Shown here: one piece after another, positions 10,341 through 19,699 of the stretch
Layout of the letters: each line of letters begins with the position of its first letter
How positions within the stretch are numbered: position 1 is the first letter of the stretch
Assembly (NCBI GenBank): GCA_039815185.1
Contig: JBCBZT010000036.1
Span: 23,916 to 87,915, forward strand
Direction of reading: 5' to 3'
DNA from: Cyanobacteria bacterium P01_A01_bin.123
GTDB lineage: Bacteria > Cyanobacteriota > Cyanobacteriia > Phormidesmidales > Phormidesmidaceae
DNA length: 64,000 nt
Made by a program: the position numbers and the translations under genes
Notes under the pieces: generated by a model
What the model saw: only the letters and a program-made list of their open reading frames with translations
What the model was told of the DNA's origin: nothing
The model's database searches: none

Positions 10341-11750
10341 ATGAGTCAGAGAAGACAAGCGGTGCCCTCGTCCGAACACCAACGGGAAATGTTGCTGGAG
10401 GCCGCCACCGCCGAGTTTGCAGTGAATGGCTTCGAGGCGACCTCCATCCAGAAAGTTGCTTCGGCCGCCGGTGTCAGCAAAGCTAAGATCTTCTATTACT
10501 TCGACAACAAAGAGGATCTCTACACTCGAGTACTGGACCGGACCCTCCAGCCCCTCCTTGCGCCCCTCGAGTCCGTCCCACAGGCGAGCTCGGCCGAGTC
10601 GTATTGGACCTCGCTCGAATCGGGACTGAACTTCGCGTTCGAGTTCAGCCGCCAAGATCTGTGCGCTGCTGCGCTCGTACGGGATCTCTATCGCCGCGGC
10701 GGGGACTCTGCATCGCTTCAACGCCTACTTGACCGCGCCCGAGCTGCGATCAGTACGTGGTTGCGCGACGGGCGGCAGCTCGGGGCTGTGAGGACAGACC
10801 TGCCCGTGCTGATTCTCGCCGAAGCTGTCGTAGGAGCACTCGTCCACGTGGACCGCTGGCTGGCTTCGCATACCGACGCCGATGGTGCAGCCGAGGATCT
10901 CCTATCTAGCGCGTCGCTTGCCGCACTTGCGCGCGACGCCCTCCAACAACGCCCACCTTCGGAGTGCGAGTCAGAGGTCACCTACGCCGCCGAGGACGTC
11001 CCCCGCGAAACCGACGCCTACCTCGACGTTTCCGCGACGGTGACGCGCCGGGTCACCATGCGCAATGGCCGCCATCGGCATCCCGCCCCTAGCTTCGATC
11101 GCGAGGGCTTCCAGCTCATCGCCGCACCGACGGTGTTTGCCCAACCGCCTAGCGACAGCGAAGCAAGGGTGGCCTATGGCGCGATCGAAGCGGCGCTCAA
11201 GGATCGCCTCGGAGCTTCCTTCGCCTGGGTATTCGATCATACGGTGCGGCATACGGAGCACACTCCGGGGCGACGTCCCCCGATTCGCATCGTCCACGCG
11301 GATTACGGACGCGGAGCAGGCGTTCGTAGACTCTGGGAGTTACTCCCACACGCCAAGGCTGAACGATGGGCAGGCTCCCGCGTCATCGTGGCGAATCTCT
11401 GGCAATCGGTAGCCGGGGTTGTTCACTCCACGCCTCTGGCCTTCGTAGACATCACCTCCGTTCGCGACGAGGACTTTATCCCGGTTACGGTTCACTACCC
11501 CGACCGAGACGGGGAGGTCGGTTACTACCGGCCCAACAAAGACCACCGCTGGTACTGGTTTCCGTTCCTGCGTCCCTCCGAGTCATTGTTGTTCAAAACC
11601 TTCGACGAACTGCCGGGCGAGCATCACTGGTCCTGCCCCCACGCCGCCTTTACAGCCCCCAACTCTCCCAAGGAGCTTGCGGGGCGACGAACGAGCATCG
11701 AATTCCGGATCTTGCTTGCTTTCGAGCACGACTCGCGAGGTGCAGCATGA
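10341..11750 (+). CDS. TetR/AcrR regulator fused to a CmcJ/NvfI-family oxidoreductase domain
   Basis: N-terminal HTH (EFAVNGFEATSIQKVASAAGVSKAKIFYYFDNKEDL). C-terminal VHADY, NLWQ, HRWYWFP, FKTFD, CPHAAF, RTSIEFR. Alternative starts at 10320 and 10287. Confidence 0.8.
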   Translation: MSQRRQAVPSSEHQREMLLEAATAEFAVNGFEATSIQKVASAAGVSKAKIFYYFDNKEDLYTRVLDRTLQPLLAPLESVPQASSAESYWTSLESGLNFAFEFSRQDLCAAALVRDLYRRGGDSASLQRLLDRARAAISTWLRDGRQLGAVRTDLPVLILAEAVVGALVHVDRWLASHTDADGAAEDLLSSASLAALARDALQQRPPSECESEVTYAAEDVPRETDAYLDVSATVTRRVTMRNGRHRHPAPSFDREGFQLIAAPTVFAQPPSDSEARVAYGAIEAALKDRLGASFAWVFDHTVRHTEHTPGRRPPIRIVHADYGRGAGVRRLWELLPHAKAERWAGSRVIVANLWQSVAGVVHSTPLAFVDITSVRDEDFIPVTVHYPDRDGEVGYYRPNKDHRWYWFPFLRPSESLLFKTFDELPGEHHWSCPHAAFTAPNSPKELAGRRTSIEFRILLAFEHDSRGAA

Positions 11751-12448
11751 GCCTACTCCAACCATTCGGAGACCGAATCTGGATCTGCGACGGGCCACAG
11801 GTGCGGATGATGACGATCCCGTTTGCAACGCGCATGACCATCGTCGAACTCGAGCCCGGAAATCTCTGGGTCCATTCGCCGCTCGAACCCACCCCGGAGG
11901 TACAGGAGGCAGTCGAAGCGCTTGGTGCCGTGAAGTTCATCGTCGCGCCGAATAAGATTCACAGCCTTGGAGTCGGCCCGTGGAAGGAGCGATACCCGTC
12001 GGCCGAGGTCTGGGGCTCTCCCCGCTTCCGCGAGCGGCACCCAGGCGCTCTCGTCAACCACGTCATTGAGACGGATACTCCGCAGGCGTGGGGCGGTCAG
12101 ATCGACGCCCTCTGCTTCGGTGGAAGCAGCTTTCTCGACGAGGTCGTCTTCTACCACAGACGTTCGGGGACGTTGATCCTCACCGATCTCATCCAGCGCC
12201 ACGATCCAGCGGGAGAATCCTGGTTCTGGCGTTTCGTCAAACGCACTGTGGGCGTCCTTGGCCCGTCGGGCGGAACCGCCAAGGATCTGAGGAGTACCTT
12301 CGGTGATCTCGATGCGGCCCGAGCCAGCGCGGAGGCGCTCCTTCGTTGGGACTTCGACCGCGTAGCGATCGCGCACGGCATTTGCATCACCGAAGATGCC
12401 CATCGCACCGTCAAGAAAGCCTTCGACTGGGCGCTCAAAACCGATTGA
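11747..12448 (+). CDS. DUF4336 domain protein (metallo-beta-lactamase-like fold)
   Basis: TRMTIVEL, LWVHSP, VAPNKIH, EVVFYH, LILTDLI, WDFDRVAIAHG. ATGA overlap with the upstream stop fixes the start at 11747. Confidence 0.85.
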   Translation: MSLLQPFGDRIWICDGPQVRMMTIPFATRMTIVELEPGNLWVHSPLEPTPEVQEAVEALGAVKFIVAPNKIHSLGVGPWKERYPSAEVWGSPRFRERHPGALVNHVIETDTPQAWGGQIDALCFGGSSFLDEVVFYHRRSGTLILTDLIQRHDPAGESWFWRFVKRTVGVLGPSGGTAKDLRSTFGDLDAARASAEALLRWDFDRVAIAHGICITEDAHRTVKKAFDWALKTD

Positions 12449-12477
12449 TCATGCCGATAAGTGAGAGACTGAGTTTA

Positions 12478-12503
12478 CGTCCGCTATTGGCCGACAGCAG
12501 ACG
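12478..12503. repeat. 26-nt palindromic motif, right copy
   Basis: CGTCCGCT-ATTGGCCGAC-AGCAGACG; a direct-orientation relative of 9875-9900. Confidence 0.55.
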
Positions 12504-12547
12504 ATTACGCACTCAAATCAGCAATCTAATAGGTTACGGCGCATACG

Positions 12548-12646
12548 ATCTAACCTGACTTTGAAGCTGACGTGGCAACCTGTCACGGACCTTGCTCGTA
12601 CAAGTCCTGCGCCAGAACAGCGCTACAGCTTAACTCGGCGTTAGAG
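12548..12646 (+). mobile_element. integron attC recombination site
   Basis: R'' ATCTAAC (RYYYAAC), L'' region TTGAAGCTG, internal GGACCTTG/CAAGTCC stem, L' region CAGCTTAA, R' GTTAGAG. 99 bp. Confidence 0.75.
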
Positions 12647-12662
12647 ATCCGATTTAGATGAA

Positions 12663-12765
12663 GCAATGCGACGCGACGCATCAATCCGTCAACTAGAAAC
12701 ACTCATTTTGGGGCGTCGTTGCAATTACATTCACCATCATCCACTGCGCCACAGGTTGTATAAAA
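12663..12765 (+). pseudogene. REP-associated tyrosine transposase (RAYT) relic, copy 1
   Basis: Translates SIRQLETLILGRRCNYIHHHPLRHRLYK (compare the RAYT motif YIHxNPVxHGL). Homologous to 37076-37175. Confidence 0.5.
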
Positions 12766-12925
12766 GTGCGATCGCCTGCTAGAACTCAACCACCAGCGCT
12801 ACGTTGAGGAAGTAGCCCAGGGTTTACACGATAAGAAAGTAAAAGCCGAAAACGAAAGCCACCTCAAATTTAGACATTACCCTAGAAGCAACCGCCACTG
12901 AAGCACAAACTAACCTCTTGTACCT

Positions 12926-13180
12926 ATGCAAACCATCCAAATCCAACTGCCCGACACCATCTTCTCTGCCCTACGCAAAGCCCCCAAGGAGTTTGTGCAA
13001 GCAATGCGCATCGCTGCCGCTGTCAAGTGGTACGAACTGGGTGAAATTTCCCAAGGAAAAGCCGCCGAGGTCGCTGGCCTCAGCCGAGCAGCCTTTATCA
13101 ACACCCTGGCCCACTATCAGGTCTCAGTCTTTCAGTACACTGCCGAAGACCTTGCCGAGGAGCTAGCCGACATTGTCTGA
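12926..13180 (+). CDS. UPF0175 family protein (putative antitoxin)
   Basis: MRIAAAVKWYELGEISQGKAAEVAGLSRAAF. Confidence 0.88.
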   Translation: MQTIQIQLPDTIFSALRKAPKEFVQAMRIAAAVKWYELGEISQGKAAEVAGLSRAAFINTLAHYQVSVFQYTAEDLAEELADIV

Positions 13181-13255
13181 CCCTGCCCTCAATGTCGTCA
13201 TCAACACCTCGCCCCTGATTGTCCTTTTCAAAAGTGGTCTGGCTGAGCGGTTTCC
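13173..13255 (+). pseudogene. truncated DUF3368/PIN-like toxin partner
   Basis: Overlaps the UPF0175 stop. VVINTSPLIVLFKSGLAE matches DUF3368 N-termini, after which the sequence becomes unrelated. Confidence 0.65.
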
Positions 13256-13420
13256 TGGAGTCAATCGCCGCTCCTCAGTTTTGGGCGGAGTTTCCTGGAG
13301 ATCCTGGGTTGGGCTTGATGTAAACTCTCCATGGGTATGTTCTCATGGCCAACTGCAGGATATAAAAACTACAATTTATTGGGGCATATCCTCAATTAAT
13401 ATCGGGGCATTACATCTGAA

Positions 13421-14113
13421 ATGCCGCCGATGAGACCTTTGCTTAAATCTAAAGATCAAAAATACCGACAGCTGCTGATCGTTCTGATCTTTACATTTGT
13501 CGTTTCTCCATTTTTGCGGGATGGGATAGGTAATATTTTCTCTATTTCGCTACTGCTGTATACCATCATCATTGTTATCAAAAGCTTTGCGCTACCCAGA
13601 CGCTTGATGATGGTGTACGGTGCGATTGCAATCATTGCCTTTTGCTTCGGGGTAATGTCTAGCCTTGGCTGGATCAGTTACCTAAATCAGCCCCTGAGGC
13701 TGATCTCCCAAACTATTTTTGCCCTCTACCTAACAGGGGCCGCCTACTGGATTGGCCGAGATATCTTTACCGCTCCCGAGGTTACCATCGATATCGTGAG
13801 AGGTGGAATCAGTGTTTACCTGCTGATTGGGTTTATCTGGGCCTTGCTATACGGCATTGTCAATACCCTGGATGCTAATGCCTTCTCCCAACCCCTGGTC
13901 CAGATAGGCTCTTACCTCAGGACAATTCACTTTAGTTTTACCACCCTGACCACCCTGGGGTATGGCGATATTGTTCCCCTGAGCGAGGTTGCCCAGGTAC
14001 TGACAAACCTAGAGGCCATCATAGGGCAGATGTATTCCTCTGTTTTTATTGCCATTTTGATTGGGAGCTATTTGTCACAGCGGTCTAGGCCCCATGGTAA
14101 CGAAGAGATGTAA
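13421..14113 (+). CDS. potassium channel family protein
   Basis: Pore motif FSFTTLTTLGYGDIVP and several TM helices. Start may be 13430. Confidence 0.9.
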   Translation: MPPMRPLLKSKDQKYRQLLIVLIFTFVVSPFLRDGIGNIFSISLLLYTIIIVIKSFALPRRLMMVYGAIAIIAFCFGVMSSLGWISYLNQPLRLISQTIFALYLTGAAYWIGRDIFTAPEVTIDIVRGGISVYLLIGFIWALLYGIVNTLDANAFSQPLVQIGSYLRTIHFSFTTLTTLGYGDIVPLSEVAQVLTNLEAIIGQMYSSVFIAILIGSYLSQRSRPHGNEEM

Positions 14114-14119
14114 GATAAA

Positions 14120-14484
14120 CCACACACGATCGCGCTCATTTCCACCGGCTCACCGCCAAAGATCAACCGCTCTACGGCCCCTTTGAGAATTTCAAAGCAG
14201 GCAATGCCCAGAAATGCGGCAATTCCCAGTGCTCCCACCGCCTCAAACTTCTGGTGTCCATAGGGATGATCGCGATCAGGTTGGGGAGAGGCCAACTGAT
14301 TGATCACTAGGCCCAACACGTTATTCGCACTGTCAGTCACGCTATGCAGGGCATCGGCCATCAGGCTGAGGGAGCCCGTCCACCAGCCCACCCAGCCTTT
14401 GAGCAATACCACCGTCAAATTGAGCAGCAGCGTAGTCACCAGCACTCGCCGCACCGCACCCCGATGATCGACAATTGCAGCCAT
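14120..14484 (-). pseudogene. cation diffusion facilitator (CDF) transporter, 3'-truncated
   Basis: SLSLMADALHSVTDSANN, PDRDHPYGHQKFE. Homology ends after ~120 aa at an ACGATCGC near-HIP1 site, against the convergent K-channel gene. Confidence 0.8.
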
Positions 14485-14549
14485 ATCCTGAATCACAGCT
14501 CTACATCCCCCGCAACATCCCTCTAGGGGCATTGTAAGAAACCAAAGGG

Positions 14550-15386
14550 TTAACAGTCGGCTTCCGGGATGGGAAAGATCTGAAATGAATAGGCTTTCAC
14601 TTCGTTGGCAGCTTGGAAGGGATGGTCGCTGACCTTTTGCTTGATGATGTCGTCGATAATCTGATATTTACTGCTGCCAATAATTTTGGGATCTTCTATG
14701 AGTGATCCAGAGCCATCGATCACAACCCCCACAGTGACCAACCCGGGGCTCGGGTCTAAACACTCGTTCAACGGATAAGTCACCGATATCAACTCGGGAA
14801 TTGAAGCATCTTCGGCTGAAACACTATGGTTTGCAAGCACATTCGCTTTCCACTGATCTAGCTCATCCCTGACATTGGCAGTGTTTCCAGCATTGGAATT
14901 GTAAGCATAGTTTTGACGGTCTGCGGCGCGGCTGTAGAGGTCTTGATCGTCTGTATCGTCTCCAGTATCGCTGCCACTCTCCTCGTCAGAGCCGTCGTCG
15001 TTGACGTTTGAATTGCCAGTTGTGGTGTCGGCGTCAGCGTTTTCCGGTTCGGTGTCTGTCTCATCGTTAGTTAGGGGCGGAGCAGCAGCGGCTTGAGCCG
15101 GGGTAGGCTGGGGCCGGGGTTGTTGGGCCGATTGTGAATTGGGTTCCGCCTTAGGTTCAGGGGTAGGCTCTACCTCGGGTTCAGGGAGTTTGGGTAGGCG
15201 GGCGACTTGAATGGTTTCGGTTTCTGTGGGCAGGGGTTGAACGATCGGCTCTTCTTCAGCTTGCTGACCTGGCATTGGCACAAACATCAGCACAACGGCG
15301 TGAGCCCCCACGCTCAGTAAAAACATGGGGAACAAAAATGACTTAAGCGATCGCCGCAGGTGCTGAAAATCAACCAATAGACTCAT
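14550..15386 (-). CDS. TonB-like proline-rich membrane-anchored protein
   Basis: N-terminal TM with SVGAH, EP/PQ-rich linker, C-terminal YP...GSSKYQIIDD region resembling TonB-C. Confidence 0.55.
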   Translation of the reverse strand: MSLLVDFQHLRRSLKSFLFPMFLLSVGAHAVVLMFVPMPGQQAEEEPIVQPLPTETETIQVARLPKLPEPEVEPTPEPKAEPNSQSAQQPRPQPTPAQAAAAPPLTNDETDTEPENADADTTTGNSNVNDDGSDEESGSDTGDDTDDQDLYSRAADRQNYAYNSNAGNTANVRDELDQWKANVLANHSVSAEDASIPELISVTYPLNECLDPSPGLVTVGVVIDGSGSLIEDPKIIGSSKYQIIDDIIKQKVSDHPFQAANEVKAYSFQIFPIPEADC

Positions 15387-15575
15387 GGCGTTGACCGTTA
15401 CTTCAGAGGCTACAATAGCGCAGGAACCACTTGGAGACGATACGGGATAGCCTAATTCGCGAAATTTTTATTTAGCAAATATTAAGGCTTCCAACGTCTA
15501 CCCTAAGTTAAATCCTAGATGGCCCATTTCGGGTATAGGTTATGCAGGTGGACAGTTCGGAGAGTGGCAGAAGCA

Positions 15576-17477
15576 ATGGAGCGACGCGAAAATGCAACCC
15601 TGCTAGTGTCCGTGATCCTCTTGGGCCTAGCCCTAGCAGTTCTTCTAACCCTAGAGGCCAGCATGCAGTCCCCATCAGGCCGCGATCGCAGTGAGTTTGT
15701 CGGGAGTGGACAGTTGTTGAGCGATCCGTTTTTGCAGGCACCCACCGAATCTTCGGTACGGGTAGTGTGGTTCACCGAATTTGAAGGGATTAACCATGTT
15801 GTCGCCTATGGCAACTCTGAACAGATGGTGCCCAGAGCTAATCTGCAATCTCTAACGACTGATGATTTGGGTGAAACCGTTGAGGCGACCAACCGCCGGC
15901 TGAGTCGCATCAGAGAAGATCAAGATTCTAAACTACCTGTAGGCCAGTCCTATGAAGCGCCTTCCATTCGGCCAATTTGGCGTCACGAAGCTGAGATCTC
16001 TGGGCTCGTACCAGGGCAACGGGTGCCTTACCAGGTCTTGAGTGCTGGGGTCGGTGGCCAGCTTTATAAGAGTCGGATGTTTTCCTTAGCAGCAGCTCCC
16101 CCTACCGCCCAGCCATTGACGATTTTACTCACCTCTGACCATCAGTTAATGCCGATGACGCCGACAAATTTGCAAAAGGCAGCAGAAACTGCTGAGCAAG
16201 GCATTGACGCAGTCTTTGTCGCGGGTGATTTAGTGAATATTCCTGACCGGGCGTCAGAGTGGTTTGACGATAGCCGGGGCAACGCCTTTTTCCCAAGTTT
16301 GCAGGGGCTTGCTCAGGCTACCTTAGAGCGAGGCAACCAAACCACTCAGTATCAAGGGGGTGAAATTATTCAGCATGCACCCTTGTTCCCAGCCGTCGGC
16401 AATCATGAGGTAATGGGGCGATTTTCTCAAACAGCCCCACTCAACCAGCAGTTTAACGACCCCGTCCCCTGGAGTAGCGCTCAAAAAATTTATGACCAGC
16501 AGGCTCAGATCTTTAACCCCGAAGCAGATCCAGTCTTGGCGGCCCAGTGGTTAAAGAATAATTCGTTCAATACAGACACCTACGAAGAAATTTTTTCGTT
16601 GCCGGCCAGCCCGATTCCAGGGTCGCCAGATTTTACCACCCGCTACTATGCCACCACGTTTGGCGATGTGCGGTTAGTGTCGTTGTTTGTCACCAACATC
16701 TGGCGATCGCCAGCCTTAGACGCTAAAACTCGGGGGCGCTACCGCGAACAGGCCGCTCATCTCAATACCCCAGATCAATGGGGCCACGGCCAGCATATTT
16801 TTCTATCTATTGAAGACGGCAGTGCTCAATATCGCTGGCTCGAACAAGAATTAGCCAGCGAAGCCTTTCAACAAGCCAAGTACAAGGTGGTGATGTTTCA
16901 CCATCCGCCCCACAGCTTGGGAGACAACATTGTGCCACCTTACGCCAATCCGGTTGTGGTCAGCGATCGCAACCCGGATGGCAGCCTAAAAGCCGTCCGC
17001 TACGAATATCCCAAAGATCAAGATGAGATCATTCGCGATTTGATTCCCCTGTTAGAGCGTGCTGGGGTACAGCTGGTGCTCTACGGCCACTCCCACCTGT
17101 GGAACCGCTTTGTCAGCCCCAGCGGCATGCATTTCTTGGAAACCTCGAATGTAGGCAATACCTATGGGGCGTATTGGGGCGACAAGACTCGTCCAGTCCC
17201 TACCGATGAGGTCGCAGGCAAGGCAGATCTTGGCCCCTTCCAAATCGATAATTATATTGCAGTAGGCGACCCCAATGGCTTGGAACCCGTCATCCCGACC
17301 CGAGCCCCGCTGACTAATGAGGCTGGGGAAGTAATCCCCTATATCGCTAGCAATGATATTACCGTATTTAGCCTGTTTGATACGGGTTCTGGTAGCGTCA
17401 GTAGCTATTACTTTGATACGCGCAAACCGCGATCGGCGGTGGTGAAATTTGACGAATTTAACCTGGAAGACGCCTGA
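15576..17477 (+). CDS. metallophosphoesterase (purple acid phosphatase-like) with N-terminal FN3-like domain
   Basis: TSDHQ, AGDLVN, GNHE, FHHP, GHSH. Alternative start at 15519. Confidence 0.88.
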   Translation: MERRENATLLVSVILLGLALAVLLTLEASMQSPSGRDRSEFVGSGQLLSDPFLQAPTESSVRVVWFTEFEGINHVVAYGNSEQMVPRANLQSLTTDDLGETVEATNRRLSRIREDQDSKLPVGQSYEAPSIRPIWRHEAEISGLVPGQRVPYQVLSAGVGGQLYKSRMFSLAAAPPTAQPLTILLTSDHQLMPMTPTNLQKAAETAEQGIDAVFVAGDLVNIPDRASEWFDDSRGNAFFPSLQGLAQATLERGNQTTQYQGGEIIQHAPLFPAVGNHEVMGRFSQTAPLNQQFNDPVPWSSAQKIYDQQAQIFNPEADPVLAAQWLKNNSFNTDTYEEIFSLPASPIPGSPDFTTRYYATTFGDVRLVSLFVTNIWRSPALDAKTRGRYREQAAHLNTPDQWGHGQHIFLSIEDGSAQYRWLEQELASEAFQQAKYKVVMFHHPPHSLGDNIVPPYANPVVVSDRNPDGSLKAVRYEYPKDQDEIIRDLIPLLERAGVQLVLYGHSHLWNRFVSPSGMHFLETSNVGNTYGAYWGDKTRPVPTDEVAGKADLGPFQIDNYIAVGDPNGLEPVIPTRAPLTNEAGEVIPYIASNDITVFSLFDTGSGSVSSYYFDTRKPRSAVVKFDEFNLEDA

Positions 17478-18133
17478 TATACTCCCCGGATAGCGTTGTT
17501 GCTCGGGTGAGCCAACCATGGGGATAAGCTGTGCATCTTATGATAACCGCCACAATACTTTGTGGGGTCGTGAAGTCATGTTGCTGTTTTAGTGAGGCAG
17601 TTGAGCGATGCCAATTCTTCTTGCATAGCCGAGAATTTCCTACCCTACGTTTTTACGACAGAGCAGTCTTCGCTATCGATAAATTCCCTTCAAGAGGCGT
17701 TCAATCTGCAAATGGACACTAAGCCAAGCGCAGATTGGGTGTGGTGGATAGTCGGGTATCCCCAATCTTGAAACAGGATTGAACATGAGAAAGTTCTCAT
17801 ACTTTGTTCACCAACAACTTAAAACAATCCGATTTACTTTGGGTAGGCTCAGATAGTTTGGCTTCCTAAAGAGTTTCAAAGGTGAAAAATTCATTCGGTT
17901 ACTTGAGCGAGATGGGCTAGCCCGCGCTAAAAACATTGATGCTGAAGCTATGTAATGCACAGCTCCAGAAAGAGTAATTGCTGATACTTTTAGTTGACGA
18001 TGATGATAGCAGTGGCGGCCAATCAGTATGCTGTGGGAACATCTCTACAGCTACGCTAGTCCCATTAAGGCAGATGCATCTTCAATTTTGAACAATCGTC
18101 ATTGCCCGACGTTTTACTATTCGGCTAGTTTTC

Positions 18134-19330
18134 ATGTTGATCCGGCATCTCAATCGCTATCAACAGAAATTTTTGTTTCTGTTGACCATCACGATTATCT
18201 ACGTTGCGCTGGTGGCCTGGCTTGACCTCTTGCAGGGACCTTACTGGTGGGATGAAGAAACTTTCTGGCAGACCAGCCTAACTTTTAGTGATCGCTTGTT
18301 GCCCAGTATTGATGATTTAAGAGACTACAATGAGCTCAGTACGCCGCTGCCATTCATCATTTTTGGGGCACTAGAATACCTATTCCATCAAGGAATATTT
18401 GCAGGCCGACTGCTGAACTTGATTTTGTCTCTCAGCATCATCTTTATTATTGGCTGGCCTAGCAAGGATAAAGGTGGACGAGCCATTTTGTGTTTGGTTG
18501 GTCTATTGATGTGTCCCTATTACCTTTGGTTGAGTGGTCGTTTATACACCGAAATGATTGCTTGTTTCTGGGTGATCATGGGGTTAATGGGTTACGTTCG
18601 CAATCGCTATCTTTTGAGCTGTATTGCTTTCATCCTAGCGATCGCATCGCGGCAGTATATGTTGGCTTTCCCAGCTGCAATTGTCACTTATGAATTTATT
18701 GTTGCAATGACTGAAGTCATACAGCAACGTCAAATCAGCTTAGCTAAACAGTGGAAGTGGCTGGCACCTCTAATAGCTACCTTGTCAATTTTTGGATGGT
18801 TCTATATGTTTCAGGGGCTAGCTCCTGAAACCGGCATAGCAGGTCGGAAAACGCCTGAAGTTCAGCAAACACTCTGGGCACTAACGCCGGGCGGCGCGAT
18901 TAATTTTTTGTCCTTTATTGGCCTCTACATCGTTATTCCAGAGTTGATACTGTTCTATCATCAGGGTATACTCCAAACCTTGAAGCGGCAGTGGCGTAAA
19001 ACTGCCCTCATTACAGCTGGTTTATCGGTTTACTTCCTTTTGTTTCCACCGTTATCAGTCGCTGCTGGAAATGTTGATAAAATTGTCGATCTTCTACCTC
19101 ATGATTTTTTACAAATAGCTTTTCTTTATAGTTTGTCATGGCTGGCTTGTGTTCGATTCTGTCAACCAAATTTAATATCCTTCATCGTTCTATTTAACAG
19201 CTTGATTATGTTTAAGGCATTCCCTTGGGATCGATATGTCTTACCATTGGCAGTTGCTTTTTGGTACTTAAAGTCGACTGGGCTTGTCGATCAATTTAAT
19301 ATCTTTCAGAAGCAAGATATGGCGACCTAA
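18134..19330 (+). CDS. polytopic membrane protein, GT-C-like glycosyltransferase
   Basis: WWDE motif after the first TM, many TM helices, YTE, RQY, RYVLP; sits at the start of the glyco cluster. Confidence 0.6.
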   Translation: MLIRHLNRYQQKFLFLLTITIIYVALVAWLDLLQGPYWWDEETFWQTSLTFSDRLLPSIDDLRDYNELSTPLPFIIFGALEYLFHQGIFAGRLLNLILSLSIIFIIGWPSKDKGGRAILCLVGLLMCPYYLWLSGRLYTEMIACFWVIMGLMGYVRNRYLLSCIAFILAIASRQYMLAFPAAIVTYEFIVAMTEVIQQRQISLAKQWKWLAPLIATLSIFGWFYMFQGLAPETGIAGRKTPEVQQTLWALTPGGAINFLSFIGLYIVIPELILFYHQGILQTLKRQWRKTALITAGLSVYFLLFPPLSVAAGNVDKIVDLLPHDFLQIAFLYSLSWLACVRFCQPNLISFIVLFNSLIMFKAFPWDRYVLPLAVAFWYLKSTGLVDQFNIFQKQDMAT

Positions 19331-19699
19331 TGGGAACAAGCTATTCAGTAAACTCGCCTGCATAAATCCCAATCACTGTTGAGGGCTCTTTGATCAAAAA
19401 CATGATTGAGCAAAAAAATCTGTGACAACATGATTTTGTAGCCAGATTATGCAGGATTAGCCTATGAGTAAAAAGCATGTAATCTATCTAGGTAAAACTA
19501 CATAAAGTTCCTGTGAATACGCTGAGAAAGTCCTTGCAAAATCCCGTAGAAAATTTTATTTCTAGTTTAGTTTGTGTAAGATCTTTTGGCCTGTGATTTG
19601 ATCAGCAAGATCTATAAAGCCTAGGGTGTAAACAAACTCTTTCTGATTTCAGATTGATATTTCAGCTATTGCCAACCTTAGCAGTTGCCAATTCTAGCA

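Noticed and set aside
11366..11746. 5' extension of the 360 aa ORF 11366-12448
   Set aside because: It overlaps the TetR-fusion gene in another frame. DUF4336 similarity and the ATGA coupling start at 11747.
10302..12438. Many overlapping and antisense ORFs in the GC-rich island
   Set aside because: Expected from stop-codon scarcity at high GC; no recognisable motifs.
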